Origin: Marsupella aquatica
Taxonomy: Eukaryota > Plantae > Marchantiophyta
Length of the DNA: 64,000 nt
Assembly: GCA_973895155.1 (NCBI GenBank)
Contig: OZ316896.1
Coordinates: 20,588,052 to 20,652,051, forward strand
Direction of reading: 5' to 3'
The position numbers and the translations under genes were made by a program. Of the stretch, positions 61,211 to 64,000 are shown piece by piece. How positions within the stretch are numbered: the stretch's first letter is position 1; the number at the start of each line of letters is the position of its first letter. The notes under the pieces were generated by a model. That model was not told the origin of the DNA and ran no database searches. It was given only the letters and a program-made list of their open reading frames with translations.

Positions 61211-61657
61211 TCCTAGTCATCTTTTGCTCACCTGAATATTTTTGTTCACTTTGGCATTTCTCCTTCACATTTATTTCTCTGACTTGAACATATTTTCTCT
61301 GACTCCTTGACATCTTTCGTGCAAACCCATGGGCATTGGGCTAGTGTACTAAGTACATTACTTGGAGTTGGTAGACAATTGACTGGGATGTTTTTAAGTG
61401 GGCACTAGGTAAAGGGGAGTGGGCAGATGCCTAGGAAATTTGCTGCATGCTTGGATTTGTTTTTCCATTGCTCCTGGTGAATAACTATTGTAAGTATAGT
61501 GACAAGTTCAGTGAACAGCAGGCTGCCTATTCTATTTTCTGCAACCTAGGCTGGTTAGGTTTAGGAACAGCCCTGTAGCAAGTGCATTTGGAGAGTTAAA
61601 AATAACACAAGGTCAAAATGTTAATGAACTATGCCAGGGTGGTATTTGGGAGGTTTT

Positions 61658-62016
61658 ATCAATCTATTCATTAAAAATGAATTATTATTCAATTTATGAA
61701 CATTTGGGCAATAGAAAGTGTATATTTGGCCTTCAAAAAGTGTACAATTGGGCAAGAAATAAAGTTGATAACCATAAAATGTACCACCATGTTCATCCTT
61801 TGTAAATGAACTAGGATGAGACTCCTTATAGTCAAGATCATCCCCCCCCCCCCCCCCCCCCCCCCCCTCAAGTTTACAATTGATCATTTAGGTGTAAAGT
61901 ATTGTATCATAGTGTACCTTTTGGGTTTAAAAAGTGTATATTTAGAGACCAAAAAGTGAACATTTAGAGGCCTAAAAGTGAACAAAATAAAATACACTTT
62001 TAATGAATAGGGTGAT
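61658..62016. mobile_element. MITE inserted at a TTTT target (second copy, with an internal poly-C run)
   Basis: Same element as 15254-15573. The empty site is visible in unit 1 (GGGAGTTTTTTCTG at ~16366-16378). Confidence 0.85.
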
Positions 62017-64000
62017 TTTTCCTAACTCAAAATGTATAAAAAATATTAGAGAAAAAAACCAGCGGGAGAGAGGAAATTAAACGCCAGGTTTCTGTGCCAT
62101 TCCAGAAAATTAAGACCACGTTTTTGGGATTTTTGGGCAGCATATTTAAAGTGCCAAAAGCTGGGCCAAAAGTAGCCAAATTTGACCCCAATGTAAAATA
62201 TTTGCATTTTTGGTACAAATTAGCCCAACTTTTTACCTTTTCGTTTAGCCACTTTCCCACCTACCACAGACCCCATTGGCAGAGAATATCATAGTTATCA
62301 TTACATCTAGGGAGATCTAACAAAACTGATGCTTCCATGGACCACAAAGTTGGGCTTTTGAAACCCCCATGAACCACATTTCCCAAAATTTGAGTTGAAA
62401 TTGTAATAGATTTGATGTTTATAAATTCAAATATTTTTTAGTTTTGAGAATGTGTTAGAGCAGTAGGTAAGTTTCATTTCCATCAAAGTGACAGTGAGTT
62501 TTTGGCCATTTTTATAGAGTTATTTATCATGCAATGTAGAGGGGTAAGTAAAGCATGAAAACAGGGCATTTCGCTCGGACACGACTGTATCTCCAAATTC
62601 GAATCAACGAACTCTCCCAGACATCAAGGCAAGATCTATCAAGGCCGACAAAAAAAAAGACATCCTAAGGCCAACGGCCATCCCTTAATTGAAGGTAGGT
62701 CCGATGGAAAGGCTCAAGCGGGTGCAAGATAAGTCCAAACAACGGGAAATCAGGGAAATTCAGAGAACCTCAGAACCGAGAGTGGGAACTTTGGGAAGAG
62801 ATGCAGGTGACCTACGCCATCATTATGTTGCAAATTGTCCCTGTTCAAGATAATAATTATGGACTTACCCAGTCCAGCCGTGCCCACCCCGTTCAATTGT
62901 TCAATCTTCTTTGCTTGTTGTCAACACCGACAACAACGTGTTTCATAATTATCCCGCGTGTTGCCACTCTGGTACCTCCATGGCTCCATCCTTGCCTTCC
63001 CTAGAGCGATGGCTTTCCGAACTTTCCTCCGCATCTTTTGGACAAGACGCATCGACTTAGGTTTTCAGTTGAAACTCCTTGGGAACAAAAAGATAAGTAA
63101 CGTTTGAATGAACTCAAGGAAAAAGAGAAGCATTGTGCAAGTTCGAATCATTATGCACCAACAATTTGTCTCCAGTCACTAATAGAAAAAGAAAAGTCCA
63201 CCTCACCTCCAGGACAGGTGAGAGGGGTGGGGAGGCATGCACCTTGGCTCCATGAATAGACCTGAAACCCAAAAGATACACCAAAAAAACACCATCCTCA
63301 GGAACAGGAAAAAGTAGTGAGTTAAAAGCTAAAGCAAAAAACTGACCAAAAGAAATCAAATCCCACCTCTTTTGCACATCATACAACTCCTACCCGTGCT
63401 CATATGTATGTTTCCTATGCCCGTTGCTGTAGTGAGGTATAGCTAGGATACCTATTATGTTTTTATAATGAGGGATCCCGCCTTTTTTCATCATCCATCC
63501 CAATACAAAAAAGCTTCTGGAAAGATCCAGAGTTGTTGGATTCAATCGGCTGTTTTCTCTGACCATTGCTTGAGAAAATGTGCACCGTTGGTACATATGT
63601 GCTTCTTGCTACCCCATAAATGTCCCGGCCCTACTCCCTATGAGCTGGCCCTATTTGTGTCGTGCAATGCACAGGCACATGGCTTGTTTGACATAATAAT
63701 ATGGTATAACCTGCACAGGTGCCACTATTCCTAGTAGTGTGTCATACATAGGCCCCCTTTGGATATACTAGGGGAGAGTTGGCCCTCTCCCCTCTTTTCC
63801 TTCCCTTCATTGAGTTCCTTTGCCATTGGGATCATGTTCCTTTGCCATTGAACCCCAATTTAAGGAAAACCAAACTTTGGAAATTCCAAAAATCACTAAA
63901 TATTATTATTTTAATAAAAAGGGGGCGACATGACGCGTGGCTGTGCGTGAAACCCTGAAAATGACTGCAACGTCACATTTTAACCAATCCAACTTGACGG

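Larger units (their letters stand above)
18379..62546 (+). repeat. Tandem segmental duplication, unit 2, expanded by ~30 kb of nested transposons
   Basis: Homology to unit 1 stops at ~31230 and resumes at ~61510 (GTGAACAG...GCAAGTGCATTTGGAGAG matches ~16228-16311), continuing to ~62546. Confidence 0.85.

Noticed and set aside
62547-64000. Possible degenerate TE or gene fragments at the window end
   Set aside because: Only short interrupted ORFs with no convincing motif, and the region is truncated by the window edge.

Overview
Intron-containing eukaryotic DNA from a land plant, most likely a bryophyte such as a liverwort (inferred from the alpha/beta-hydrolase-NLR architecture). The backbone is a tandem segmental duplication: unit 1 is 1-18378, and unit 2 runs from 18379 to about 62546. 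Each unit carries one NB-ARC-LRR immune receptor. The two receptors have near-identical NB-ARC/LRR regions but different N-termini: NLR1 has an alpha/beta-hydrolase domain and a frameshifted LRR, while NLR2 has an MLKL/Cbl-N-like helical bundle and still splices in a decayed relic of the hydrolase's last exon. Unit 2 is interrupted by about 30 kb of nested DNA transposons. The outer element (~32416-60651, imperfect TIRs) has a Sola-like/DUF7869-type DDE transposase on the minus strand and, divergently, an intron-containing gene fusing a ParB-like domain to a prokaryotic-type beta-class amino-DNA methyltransferase (N6-adenine/N4-cytosine type). This is the most unusual feature of the window. 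An inner ~19.7 kb element sits in the single intron of the outer transposase and encodes a divergent CACTA/EnSpm-like transposase with BAH-like/Tudor-like C-terminal segments plus a divergently oriented SAM-domain gene. Four solo LTRs, three MITE families and a non-autonomous Helitron-like insertion are delimited by TSDs or by empty sites in the paralogous unit. Both transposases and the methyltransferase gene carry stops or frameshifts, so they are decayed in this copy. All domain calls come from motif recognition by eye, not database searches.
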